From the NCBI GenBank assembly GCA_044226625.1, contig JBGAGQ010000015.1, positions 1-64,000 of the forward strand: DNA of 64,000 bases, read 5' to 3'. The stretch's first letter is position 1. Each line of letters begins with the position of its first letter. The stretch comes from Thermoanaerobaculia bacterium. GTDB lineage: Bacteria > Acidobacteriota > Thermoanaerobaculia > Multivoradales > UBA5704. This document shows, piece by piece, positions 36,681 to 46,020 of the stretch. The translations under genes and the position numbers were made by a program. The notes beneath the pieces were generated by a model that was not told where the DNA came from, did no database searches, and worked only from the letters and a program-made list of their open reading frames with translations.

Positions 36681-36989
36681 CTAGGCCTCGAGTTGGCAGA
36701 TCCCGCAGGTCTGGCCCGAACCGAGCTGGCAAACCCAGTCCGGACCGAACCAGTCCTGACATTGGGCGGTCGTGCTGCACCAGCCCGACTTGCACAGAAA
36801 GATCGGCTTCGGTGTGAAGAGATCCGGGCCTTCCGCGGGGACGTCCGGAGACGCGGGAGCCTGGCTGGAAACGGTCGGTACCTCCGAGAGTTGCAGCTCG
36901 GCGGCGCGAACCGGCTGGCTTCCGTAGACGACCGTCAACACGAAGAGAGCAAGGATCGGTACGAGGCGAGATGCGAGTTTCACGGACAT
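36681..36989 (-). CDS. Small secreted prepropeptide with six-Cys C-terminal core
   Basis: GAGGA SD; signal peptide ending VRA; acidic Pro-rich spacer; C-x4-C-x5-C-x9-C-x7-C-x2-C. Confidence 0.8.
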   Translation of the reverse strand: MSVKLASRLVPILALFVLTVVYGSQPVRAAELQLSEVPTVSSQAPASPDVPAEGPDLFTPKPIFLCKSGWCSTTAQCQDWFGPDWVCQLGSGQTCGICQLEA

Positions 36990-37223
36990 GACAGATCCTC
37001 CGTGAGGGGCTCCGGCGGTTCATCCACCGAGCACGGCTCTATGTAGAACGGTGCCTCCCGGGAGATAAAGCGTGCCTGGAGCGTCGTGAGTTCGAGCTTT
37101 CTGTGGAGCGTGTGATGATCGCGGCCGGCCTTGATGACCAGGGAAGGAAACAACCCGCGCGCGAATGCGTAGAGCGAGCCAGTGCCGCGCCGACGACGTC
37201 CACCGGCCGAGGAGGAATCTCTG

Positions 37224-38120
37224 ATGCTCTCGATTCGTCATCTTTCGAAGACCTATGGCAACGGCGTCCGCGCGTTGGCCGACGTTTCCCTCGACATCCC
37301 CGCGGGGATGTTCGGTCTGCTCGGGCCGAACGGCGCCGGCAAGTCGACTCTCATGCGGACGATCGCGACGCTCCAGGAGCCCGATGCGGGGGAGATCCGA
37401 TTCGACGGGATCGACGTGCTCAAGGAAAAGGGGGCGCTCCGGCAGGTGCTCGGCTATCTGCCCCAGGACTTCGGGGTCTATCCCAAGGTGAGCGCGGAGA
37501 CGATGCTCGACCACTTCGCGGTGCTCAAGGGATTGGTGGACTCGCGGGAGCGCCGGGCGGTGGTGCGCGCGCTGCTCGAACGGACGAACCTCTGGGCGGT
37601 CAAGGATCGCAAGCTCGGCACCTTTTCGGGCGGCATGCGCCAGCGGTTCGGAATCGCCCAGGCACTGCTCGGCGATCCGAAGCTGGTGATCGTCGACGAG
37701 CCCACGGCGGGGCTCGATCCGGAGGAGCGGAACCGCTTCTTGAACCTCCTCGCCGAGATCGGCGAGAACGTCGTGATCATCCTCTCGACGCACATCGTCG
37801 AAGACGTGACCGATCTCTGTCCGCGAATGGCGATCCTCGCCGGCGGCGAGCTGCGGGTGACGGGCGAGCCGCGGCAGGCGATCGCCGGGGTCGAGGGGCA
37901 GATCTGGGAAAAGACCGTGACGCGCGCGGAGCTCACCCGTCTGGAAACCGAGCTCGAGGTGCTCTCGCGCCGGCTCTCGGCCGGCCGCACGGTGATCCAC
38001 GTCTGGAGCGAGGGGGACCCGGGCGATGGGTTCGTCTCGGTGGCGCCCGATCTCGAGGACGTCTACTTCCACGCGCTCCGGCGCGCTTCGAGCGGCGACG
38101 CGACCGCGCTCGCGGCCTAG
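37224..38120 (+). CDS. ABC transporter ATP-binding protein
   Basis: GPNGAGKS, FSGGMRQR, IVDEPT, STH; GAGGAGG SD. Confidence 0.95.
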   Translation: MLSIRHLSKTYGNGVRALADVSLDIPAGMFGLLGPNGAGKSTLMRTIATLQEPDAGEIRFDGIDVLKEKGALRQVLGYLPQDFGVYPKVSAETMLDHFAVLKGLVDSRERRAVVRALLERTNLWAVKDRKLGTFSGGMRQRFGIAQALLGDPKLVIVDEPTAGLDPEERNRFLNLLAEIGENVVIILSTHIVEDVTDLCPRMAILAGGELRVTGEPRQAIAGVEGQIWEKTVTRAELTRLETELEVLSRRLSAGRTVIHVWSEGDPGDGFVSVAPDLEDVYFHALRRASSGDATALAA

Positions 38121-38135
38121 GGCGGGGGAGCGGCC

Positions 38136-41100
38136 ATGGCAACGACGGGATCGACGGGATCGAAGGCGTTCCGCGAGATTTTCCGCTTCGAGCTGCATCA
38201 GACGCTCCGCTCCCCGCTGTTCTGGGGGACCGGGTTGTTCTTCGCGACGATGACGTTCGGCGCCGTCACCTCCGACTCGGTCACGATCGGAGGCGGTATC
38301 GGCAATGTGAACCGCAACGCGCCGTTCGTCATCCTGCAGCTTCTGTCGGTGATGAGCGTGATCGGGGTCTTCGTCACCACCGCGTTCGTCGCCGGCGCGG
38401 CGCTTCGTGATTTCGAGCGCGGCACGCACGAGCTGTTTTTTTCGAAGCCGATGCGGACGCTCGACTATCTCGGCGGCCGTTTCGCGGGCTCGCTCGTCGC
38501 TTCGACCGGGGTCATGGTTCTATGCGCCGCCGGCATCCTGATCGGGAGCTTCATGCCTTGGCTCGACGCGCAGCGTGTCGGACCGACGCTCGCCGGCCCC
38601 TATCTGTTCGCGCTCGGCATCCTCGTGATTCCCAACCTGCTGCTCACCGGTGCGCTGTTCTTCGCGCTCGCCGCGGCGACCCGCAGCTGGCTCGTCACGT
38701 ACGTCGGCGTGGTGGTGTTCTTTGCCGCGTTCTTCGTTTCGGTCGTGATGCTCGGCGACGTCGAGCACCAGAGGCTGGGCGCGTTTATCGATCCGTTCGG
38801 CGCGTCGGCGCTCGATTATGCGACCCGTTACTGGACGGTCGCCGACAAGAACACCAGCCTGCCGGCGCTCACCGGGCCGCTGCTCTGGAACCGCCTGATC
38901 TGGTCGGCGGTCGGGCTCGTCATTCTCGCCGTGTCGTTCGCGACCTTCCGTACCTCCGGGCAGGCGCCTACGTACGGCGCCCTCGGGCGCTTCTTTTCGC
39001 GGCGCCGAATCGCGCGCGAGGCGAAGGCGGCGGCTGCGGAAGCGGCGCAGGACTCGAAAGCGCCGGTCGCGATCCCCACGGCCGCGCGTGATTTCTCCTC
39101 GCGTCGGAACCGCGCTCTCTTCCTCCACGCGCTCCGCCGAGAGACGGCCGGGGTCCTGAAGAGCATCCCGTTCATCGTGATCCTCGCCTTCGGAATGTTC
39201 AATCTCGCCGGAGGCTCGGCGGTGCGGTTCGAGCGGTTCGGCACCAAGGTCTATCCGGTGACCGCGCTGATGCTCGACAACATCCAAGGGAGCTTCCTCT
39301 TCCTGCTGGTGATCATCGTCACCCTCTACGCGGGCGAGCTGGTCTGGCGCGAGCGGCAGCTCAAGGTGGCGGAGGTCGCGGACGCTCTGCCGGTGCCGAG
39401 CTGGGTGCCGCTCCTCTCGAAGCTCGGGGCGCTCTGGGCGGTGATCCTCACCTTCCTCGTCGTGGGAGGCCTGACGGCGATCGGCATTCAGCTCTCGTAC
39501 GGCTTCACCCACATCGAGCCCACGCTCTATTTGAAAGGGCTCGGGATCGAGGCGGTGCAGTTCCTGCTCGCGGCGGTGCTCGCGGTGTTCTTCCAGGTCC
39601 TGTTCAACCAGAAGTTCGTCGGGTACCTCGCGATGATCCTGTTCCTGATCAGCCAGACGGTGCTCGCCTCGCTCCATTTCGACCATCGGCTCTACCGGTA
39701 CGGCGACACGCCGCCGATGACCTATTCCGACATGAACGGCTACGGTCATCTCCTGCGCGGTTTCACCTGGTTCAGCCTCTACTGGGCGTGCTTCGCACTG
39801 CTTCTGCTGATCGCCTCGGTCCTCTTCTGGGTGCGCGGAAGCGAGAGCGTCTGGCGTCTCCGCGTGCGCGAGGCGAGGGCGCGCTTCCGCGGTCCGTGGC
39901 GTGCGCTCGCCGCGACCGGTGCGATGGGCTTCCTCGCGATCGGCGCCTTCATCTTCTGGAACACCAACGTCTTGAACGCCTACGTGCCGAGCGACGAGCG
40001 GATGCTCCGACAGGCCGACTACGAGAAGAAGTACCGGAAGCTGCGGGATCGGACCTATCCGAAGGTGACCGACGTCGAAACGAACGTCGACATCTTTCCC
40101 GACGAGCGCCGGGTGGAGATCGCCGGCCGATACGTCCTCAAGAACAAATCGAACCGGCCCGAGGGGGAGATCTTCTTCCAACTCGACCCACGGGTCCGGG
40201 TGCGCAAGCTCTCGCTCGATCCGAGCTGGCGAACCGAGCACGACGATCGGCTCGGGGTCACGATCTACCGGCTTCCTAAGCCGCTTCCGCCCGGCGGCAC
40301 GATGGAGCTCCGCTTCGAACTGACCGTCGAGGAGAAAGGCTTCGTCACCGATCGGAGCGAGCTGTCGCTCGCCTACAACGGAACGTTCTTCAACAACGGC
40401 CAGTACCTGCCGGTGCTCACCTACGACGAGTCGCGCCAGCTCACGGACCGCAACGACCGGAAGAAGCACGGCCTCGGACCGGCCGAGCGGGTGGCGAAGC
40501 TCGAAGATCTCCACGCGCGAAGGAACAACTACCTTTCGAGCGACGCCGACTGGATCGGCTTTCGCGCCACCGTGTCGACGGACGCCTCGCAGATCGCGCT
40601 CGCGCCGGGTTACCTGAAACGCGAATGGCGTGTGGGGAACCGGCGGTATTTCCGCTACGAGATGGATCGTCCGATCCTCGATTTCTACTCGTTCCTCTCG
40701 GCGCGCTGGGCGGTGAAGCGGGACGTCTGGCATCCGGGCAAGGAGAACGTCGCGATCGAGATCTATTACGACCCGGCCCACGCCTACAACGTCGACCGGA
40801 TGATCGACGCGTCGAAAAAATCGCTCGACTACTGCACCGCGAACTTCTCGCCGTACCAGCATCGGCAGGTGCGGATTCTCGAATTCCCGCGCTACGCGAC
40901 GTTCGCGCAGTCGTTCCCGAACACGATTCCCTATTCGGAAGGGATCGGCTTCATCGCCGACCTGCGCGATCCGGACGACATCGATTACGTCTTCTACGTC
41001 ACGGCGCACGAGGTTGCGCATCAGTGGTGGGGACATCAGGTGATCGGCGGCGCCGTCCAGGGAGGGACGATGCTCTCGGAGAGCCTCGCCCAGTACACGG

Positions 41101-41801
41101 CGCTCATGGTGATGCAGAAGGAGTACGGCAAAGACAGGATGCGCCGGTTCTTGAAGTACGAGCTCGACCAGTATCTCCAGGGGCGAGGCGGCGAGCTGGT
41201 CGAGGAGCTGCCGCTGTACCGGGTCGAGAACCAGCCATACGTCCACTATCGGAAGGGGAGCCTGGTCTTCTACGCGCTGCAGGACGCGATCGGCGAAGAG
41301 ACGGTCGATCGCGCGCTCTCGCGCTACGTGGCGGAGGTCGCCTATCAGGAGCCGCCTTATACCTACACGCCGGATCTCTTGAAGATCCTGCGTGAGGTGA
41401 CGCCGCCTGACCGGCAGAAGCTCCTTTCCGACTTGTTCGAGACGATCACCCTCTACGACCTGCGCGCGACGAACGCCACTTGGACGAAGCGGGCGGACGG
41501 CAAATACCTGGTGAAGCTGTCGGTCGACGGCAAGAAACTGCGCGCCGACGGTAAGGGGGTCGAAACGCCGATCGCCCTCGACGATTCGATCGACGTCGGA
41601 GTGTTCGGCGAACGGGAGAGGAATGGCAAGAAAGAGGAGACGGTACTCTATCTCGCCAAGCACCGGCTCTCTCGAGAGCTGACCACGTTCGATCTGGTGG
41701 TCGACGCCGAGCCGGTCGAGGCGGGGATCGATCCGCTCAACAAACTCGTGGATCGCACCTCGGACGACAACCGGACGAAGGTGACGGCGGCCGGCGGGTA
41801 G
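38136..41801 (+). CDS. ABC-2 permease / M1 family aminopeptidase fusion
   Basis: Two permease-like TM blocks then FAQSFPNT, HEVAHQWWG and downstream SESLAQY, YRKG. Confidence 0.92.
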   Translation: MATTGSTGSKAFREIFRFELHQTLRSPLFWGTGLFFATMTFGAVTSDSVTIGGGIGNVNRNAPFVILQLLSVMSVIGVFVTTAFVAGAALRDFERGTHELFFSKPMRTLDYLGGRFAGSLVASTGVMVLCAAGILIGSFMPWLDAQRVGPTLAGPYLFALGILVIPNLLLTGALFFALAAATRSWLVTYVGVVVFFAAFFVSVVMLGDVEHQRLGAFIDPFGASALDYATRYWTVADKNTSLPALTGPLLWNRLIWSAVGLVILAVSFATFRTSGQAPTYGALGRFFSRRRIAREAKAAAAEAAQDSKAPVAIPTAARDFSSRRNRALFLHALRRETAGVLKSIPFIVILAFGMFNLAGGSAVRFERFGTKVYPVTALMLDNIQGSFLFLLVIIVTLYAGELVWRERQLKVAEVADALPVPSWVPLLSKLGALWAVILTFLVVGGLTAIGIQLSYGFTHIEPTLYLKGLGIEAVQFLLAAVLAVFFQVLFNQKFVGYLAMILFLISQTVLASLHFDHRLYRYGDTPPMTYSDMNGYGHLLRGFTWFSLYWACFALLLLIASVLFWVRGSESVWRLRVREARARFRGPWRALAATGAMGFLAIGAFIFWNTNVLNAYVPSDERMLRQADYEKKYRKLRDRTYPKVTDVETNVDIFPDERRVEIAGRYVLKNKSNRPEGEIFFQLDPRVRVRKLSLDPSWRTEHDDRLGVTIYRLPKPLPPGGTMELRFELTVEEKGFVTDRSELSLAYNGTFFNNGQYLPVLTYDESRQLTDRNDRKKHGLGPAERVAKLEDLHARRNNYLSSDADWIGFRATVSTDASQIALAPGYLKREWRVGNRRYFRYEMDRPILDFYSFLSARWAVKRDVWHPGKENVAIEIYYDPAHAYNVDRMIDASKKSLDYCTANFSPYQHRQVRILEFPRYATFAQSFPNTIPYSEGIGFIADLRDPDDIDYVFYVTAHEVAHQWWGHQVIGGAVQGGTMLSESLAQYTALMVMQKEYGKDRMRRFLKYELDQYLQGRGGELVEELPLYRVENQPYVHYRKGSLVFYALQDAIGEETVDRALSRYVAEVAYQEPPYTYTPDLLKILREVTPPDRQKLLSDLFETITLYDLRATNATWTKRADGKYLVKLSVDGKKLRADGKGVETPIALDDSIDVGVFGERERNGKKEETVLYLAKHRLSRELTTFDLVVDAEPVEAGIDPLNKLVDRTSDDNRTKVTAAGG

Positions 41802-41858
41802 CGAAGCTACGCCTCTGGAGTGGGGCAGGAGGAGAGCGGCGGCGTAGAATTCCCCGCC

Positions 41859-44543
41859 GTGGAGCTACTCTCGACTCACGTCGGTGCCGATTTCGACGCG
41901 CTCGCCTCGGTGCTCGTCGCGCGGCGACTCCATCCGGAGGCGAAGGTCTTCTTCCCCGGATCGCGCGAGGCCTCGGTACGGCGGATGCTCGCGACGGGGT
42001 TCGTCGAATTCGAGGAGCTGCGCCAGAGGCAGATCGACCCGGCGGCCTTGACGCGCGTGATCCTGTGCGACGTGCGCCAGAGCGACCGCATCGGCAAGCT
42101 CGGCGAGTGGCTCGCGGCGCGTCCCGAGATCGAGGTCTGGGCCTACGACCATCACGCCGACGGCGACCTGCCGCTCGCCGGTGGGAAGGTCGACGAAAAC
42201 GTCGGCTCGACCTCGACGATCCTCGCCGAGTTGCTCCGCGAGAAGGGAGTCGCCCCCACGGCGAGCGAGGCGACGCTTCTCCTGCTCGGTATCTACGAGG
42301 ACACCGGCGCCCTCACTTTCGCCACCACCCGGCCGCGCGATCTCGAAGCCGCAGCGCGGCTGCTTCAACAGGGGGGCGACCTCGCCCTGGTCCGCCGTTT
42401 CGCGAGCGCCGCGCTCGACCCGGAGCGGCTCGACCTGCTCCATCGGATCGCCCGCGCGCTCGAAGTCCATCGGATTCAGGGGCACCGCCTCGGGCTCGCC
42501 GAGATCGATCTACCAGGGTACGTCGAAGAGGTGGCGCCGCTCGTCTCGAAGAGCCTCGACCTATTTGGTCTGCCGACGCTCTTCGTGCTGTTCGCGATCG
42601 AGGACCGGGTGCTGGTGGTCGGGCGGAGCGACGAGGCTGGCGTCGACTGCGGCCAGATTCTCGGCGCCCTGGGGGGTGGCGGCCACGCGACCGCAGCGTC
42701 AGTTCGGATCCGAGGAACGCTCGTGGAAGTGCGGGAGTCGCTGCTCGCCGAGCTCGCCCGGCGGCTGCCTCCGTCGGCCCGGGCGCGCGACCTGATGGTG
42801 CCGGCGAGCGTCTCGCTCGATCCGCGCACGTCGATCGAGCAGGCGAAGGAGAGGCTTCGGATCGGGGCGGTGAACGCCGCCCCGGTGCTCGACGCGGAAG
42901 GACGGGCGGTGGGCGCCGTCACCCGTCAGCTCCTCGACGCCGCTCTCCAGCACGGCTTGGGTGACCGACCGGTCGAGACCGCGATGACCCGTGAGCTCGC
43001 CTGGGTGTCGGCCGATGCCCCGGCCGACGAGGCGGGGCGACAGATGCTCGCCCACCAGCCGCGCTTCGTCTTGGTCGGCGACCGGGAGGACGGCCGTCCG
43101 CTCGGGCTGGTCACGCGGATGCAGCTGCTCCATTACCTCGGCGCGCGGCTCGACCTGGAGACAGGCGGCGACTCGGGCGCCCTTCGCGTCGCGGCGGGGA
43201 GCGACGGCAGCCCCGATCGCCATCGCGCCGCGAGGCGCGAGGCGGCCGACCTGCTCGCGCGCGCGGAGCCCGCGATCGCCGATCGGATCGAGCGGATCGC
43301 CGCGGTCGTCAAGGCGGAGAACGTGCCGGTCTCCCTCGTCGGCGGCTTCGTCCGCGATTTGATCCTGGGCCGGCCCAACCGCGATCTCGACCTGGTGGTC
43401 GAGGGGGACGGTCCGGCGTTCGCCCGGGCGCTCGGCCGCGCCCTCGAAGCGCCGGTTCGCGTTCACGAGGCGTTCTTGACCGCGGTGGTTCGAACGGAGA
43501 CGGGGGAGATCGACGTCGCGACCGCGCGGAGCGAGTTCTACCGGGCTCCGGCGGCGCTTCCGGAAGTGGCGAGCTCGGCGCTGCGGCAGGATCTGTACCG
43601 GCGCGACTTCACCGTCAACACGCTCGCGATCCGCCTGCCTCCCGACGGCCTTGCCGAGTTGATCGACCCGTTCGGAGGCCGCCGCGACCTGACGCTCGGC
43701 GTCCTTCGGGTCCTCCACAGCCTCTCGTTTCTGGACGATCCGACGCGCGCCCTCCGCGCCGTGCGGCTCGAGCGCCGCCTCGGCCTCCGGATCGCCCCGG
43801 AGACCGAGCGGCTGATCGAGATCGCCCTCAAAGAGGGGGCGTTCGACCGCCTCTCCGGATCGCGGCTTTCCGCCGAGCTCGATCTGTTGCTCGGCGAGGA
43901 GGGAGCGGCGCTCCCCGGGCTCGAACGCCTCGCCGAGCTCGGTGTCCTCGGCGCGATCGAGCCTCAACTCGTTCACGATCGGTCGCTCGCCCCGGCCCTC
44001 GCCGAGCGCCTCCGCGGCGCCCTCGCCGCCTGGGAGTGGCAGCGTCTCGAGGGCCTCGCTCTTTCCTCCGATCTCGCCGAGCTGCTCGGTCTCGCGCTAG
44101 CGATCGACCTGCCGTTCACTTCACGCCGCCGGCTTGCGGATCGGCTCGCCCTTTCCGGCTCCCGCCGTGCCCGATGCCTCGCCGTTTCGGAGGTCGTGGC
44201 GACCGCTCTCGGTGCTCTGTCTCCCGACGCGCAGCCGAGCGCAGTCTCGGCCTCCCTCTCCGGTCTCGACGGGGAAGAGCTCCTTCTCGCTTTCGCCGCC
44301 ACCGACGAAGCGGGCCGCGCCTGGATCCGTCGCGATCTCGCCGAGCTGCGCGCGATCGAGCCCTCGATCCGCGGCGCCGACCTGCTCTCGGCTGGGTTCC
44401 CGGAAGGCCCCCTCCTCGGGTCCGCGCTGCGCGCGGTTCGGAGCGCGCTCCAAGATGGCGATCTTTCCCCCGGGCAGGAATCGGAGCTTGACTACGCGCT
44501 GCGTTCGCTCCGGCTTACACCCGTCGGCGAGGTGGCGTCATGA
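41859..44543 (+). CDS. tRNA nucleotidyltransferase (CCA/A-adding type) with DHH, DHHA1 and CBS domains
   Basis: ADFDAL, YDHH, EDTG, GGGH, CBS pair, VGGFVRD, DLDLVV, DLYRRDFTVN, DDPTR. Confidence 0.9.
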   Translation: MELLSTHVGADFDALASVLVARRLHPEAKVFFPGSREASVRRMLATGFVEFEELRQRQIDPAALTRVILCDVRQSDRIGKLGEWLAARPEIEVWAYDHHADGDLPLAGGKVDENVGSTSTILAELLREKGVAPTASEATLLLLGIYEDTGALTFATTRPRDLEAAARLLQQGGDLALVRRFASAALDPERLDLLHRIARALEVHRIQGHRLGLAEIDLPGYVEEVAPLVSKSLDLFGLPTLFVLFAIEDRVLVVGRSDEAGVDCGQILGALGGGGHATAASVRIRGTLVEVRESLLAELARRLPPSARARDLMVPASVSLDPRTSIEQAKERLRIGAVNAAPVLDAEGRAVGAVTRQLLDAALQHGLGDRPVETAMTRELAWVSADAPADEAGRQMLAHQPRFVLVGDREDGRPLGLVTRMQLLHYLGARLDLETGGDSGALRVAAGSDGSPDRHRAARREAADLLARAEPAIADRIERIAAVVKAENVPVSLVGGFVRDLILGRPNRDLDLVVEGDGPAFARALGRALEAPVRVHEAFLTAVVRTETGEIDVATARSEFYRAPAALPEVASSALRQDLYRRDFTVNTLAIRLPPDGLAELIDPFGGRRDLTLGVLRVLHSLSFLDDPTRALRAVRLERRLGLRIAPETERLIEIALKEGAFDRLSGSRLSAELDLLLGEEGAALPGLERLAELGVLGAIEPQLVHDRSLAPALAERLRGALAAWEWQRLEGLALSSDLAELLGLALAIDLPFTSRRRLADRLALSGSRRARCLAVSEVVATALGALSPDAQPSAVSASLSGLDGEELLLAFAATDEAGRAWIRRDLAELRAIEPSIRGADLLSAGFPEGPLLGSALRAVRSALQDGDLSPGQESELDYALRSLRLTPVGEVAS

Positions 44544-45346
44544 GCAGCGCACGCCGCCGGGAAGCGGCCTCCGTCGCCTCCTGGTTTTTTCCCTCCCTGA
44601 CGCTTTTGCTTTTGCTTCTGCTTCTACCGCCGCCTCACGCCGCCGCCCAGTCGACCGAGCCCCAGGTCGCCGCCCCGGCCGAGCCGATCCGCACCGAGCC
44701 GGACGAGCCGCCGGCCGAGGCGACCGAGCATGCCCCGCCGCCCAAAGTCGAAGGCGATCCGCGCGAGGTCGAGATCTTCCGCTTCGACTGCGAAAGCGAC
44801 CTCGAACGGCGGGAGGTCACACTGTTCGCGAGCGGAACGGTCCGCCTTCGCCTCGGACCTCCGGGCCGGGAGCGGATGGGCCTCGCGGAGCTCGGACCGG
44901 ACGGGCTCGCGAGCGCGATCCGCCGCCTCGACGAGGAGGACCTGTCGGAGATCCGGGAGCTCCCGACCACGGTCTCCGGCGCTTGGATTCCCCGATGCCG
45001 GTTCCACCTCGCGATCCCCGGCCGGCCGGAGCGCGAGCTGCGATTCGGCAAGGAAGACGCGCTGCCGCTCGCGCTGTCCCGAGCGCTCGCGGTGACCGAG
45101 AGCGTCGCCGCCGAGGTGACGCTTCTCGAGGGGGACGACCGCCTGCCGGAGGGGTATGAACCTGCCCGCTTTGATCGCCTACGCCGCGCCGATGGCGTGC
45201 TCTTCGAGATCCAGAGCCTGACCGACGACGGCAAGGGGGTCGAGCTGCGTGCGGTCGATCAACCGATCGCGATGTACATCCTCAAAGAGGATCTCCGGCA
45301 GCTGTTCATCCGCCTCGAACCCCGCTTCGGAAGCCACCTTCCATGA
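44540..45346 (+). CDS. Hypothetical exported protein
   Basis: Signal-like N-terminus; ATGA overlaps with both neighbours. Confidence 0.75.
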   Translation: MSSARRREAASVASWFFPSLTLLLLLLLLPPPHAAAQSTEPQVAAPAEPIRTEPDEPPAEATEHAPPPKVEGDPREVEIFRFDCESDLERREVTLFASGTVRLRLGPPGRERMGLAELGPDGLASAIRRLDEEDLSEIRELPTTVSGAWIPRCRFHLAIPGRPERELRFGKEDALPLALSRALAVTESVAAEVTLLEGDDRLPEGYEPARFDRLRRADGVLFEIQSLTDDGKGVELRAVDQPIAMYILKEDLRQLFIRLEPRFGSHLP

Positions 45347-45909
45347 GGCCCATCCGCTCACCGGGCGTCCGGCTCTCCGGCGGGGAGTTCCGCGGCCGCG
45401 TGCTCACCGTGCCGAAAGGGGCCCGACCCAGTGAAGGACGCGTGCGCGAGGCACTCTTCTCGATTTGGGGCCCGCGCCTCGAAGGCGCCCGTCTGCTCGA
45501 TCTCTTCGCCGGCAGCGGAGCCGTGGCGCTCGAAAGCGTCGGCCGGGGCGCCCTCCGCGCGGTCGCCGTCGAAGGGAATCCGCAAGCGCTCGAAACGATC
45601 GAGGCGAACGCCGCGAAGCTCGGCAAAGGGCTGATCGAGATCCGCAAGCTGACCCTGCCGGCGGGCCTTGCGCGCCTCGCGGAAGCGGGCGAGCGATTCG
45701 ATCTGGTTTTCGCCGACCCGCCGTACGCCTTCAACGCTTACTCGGGATTGCTCGAAGCCATCGCGCCTCTCTTGGCGGAAGAGGGAGAGGCGGTCGTCGA
45801 GCATTCGGCCCGTATTCCGCTCGCGCCGGAAGCCGGAGGCCTCGTCCGCACGGCGGAGCGGCGCTACGGCGAGGTGGCGCTGTCTTTCTATCGGCGGGGG
45901 GCGGGGTAG
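45343..45909 (+). CDS. rsmD: 16S rRNA m2G966 methyltransferase
   Basis: RPS..RVREALF, LDLFAGSGA, FADPPY, RYG. Confidence 0.92.
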   Translation: MRPIRSPGVRLSGGEFRGRVLTVPKGARPSEGRVREALFSIWGPRLEGARLLDLFAGSGAVALESVGRGALRAVAVEGNPQALETIEANAAKLGKGLIEIRKLTLPAGLARLAEAGERFDLVFADPPYAFNAYSGLLEAIAPLLAEEGEAVVEHSARIPLAPEAGGLVRTAERRYGEVALSFYRRGAG

Positions 45910-46020
45910 GTTCCTCGGTCTAGAGCGGCTATCCGCTCCCGATCGTTGAACGATCGAGCCCGAAAGGCCGCTCTACGCAGTCGGTTGCGCCTGGGCGAGC
46001 TCGTAGGGTGGACGGCGCGG

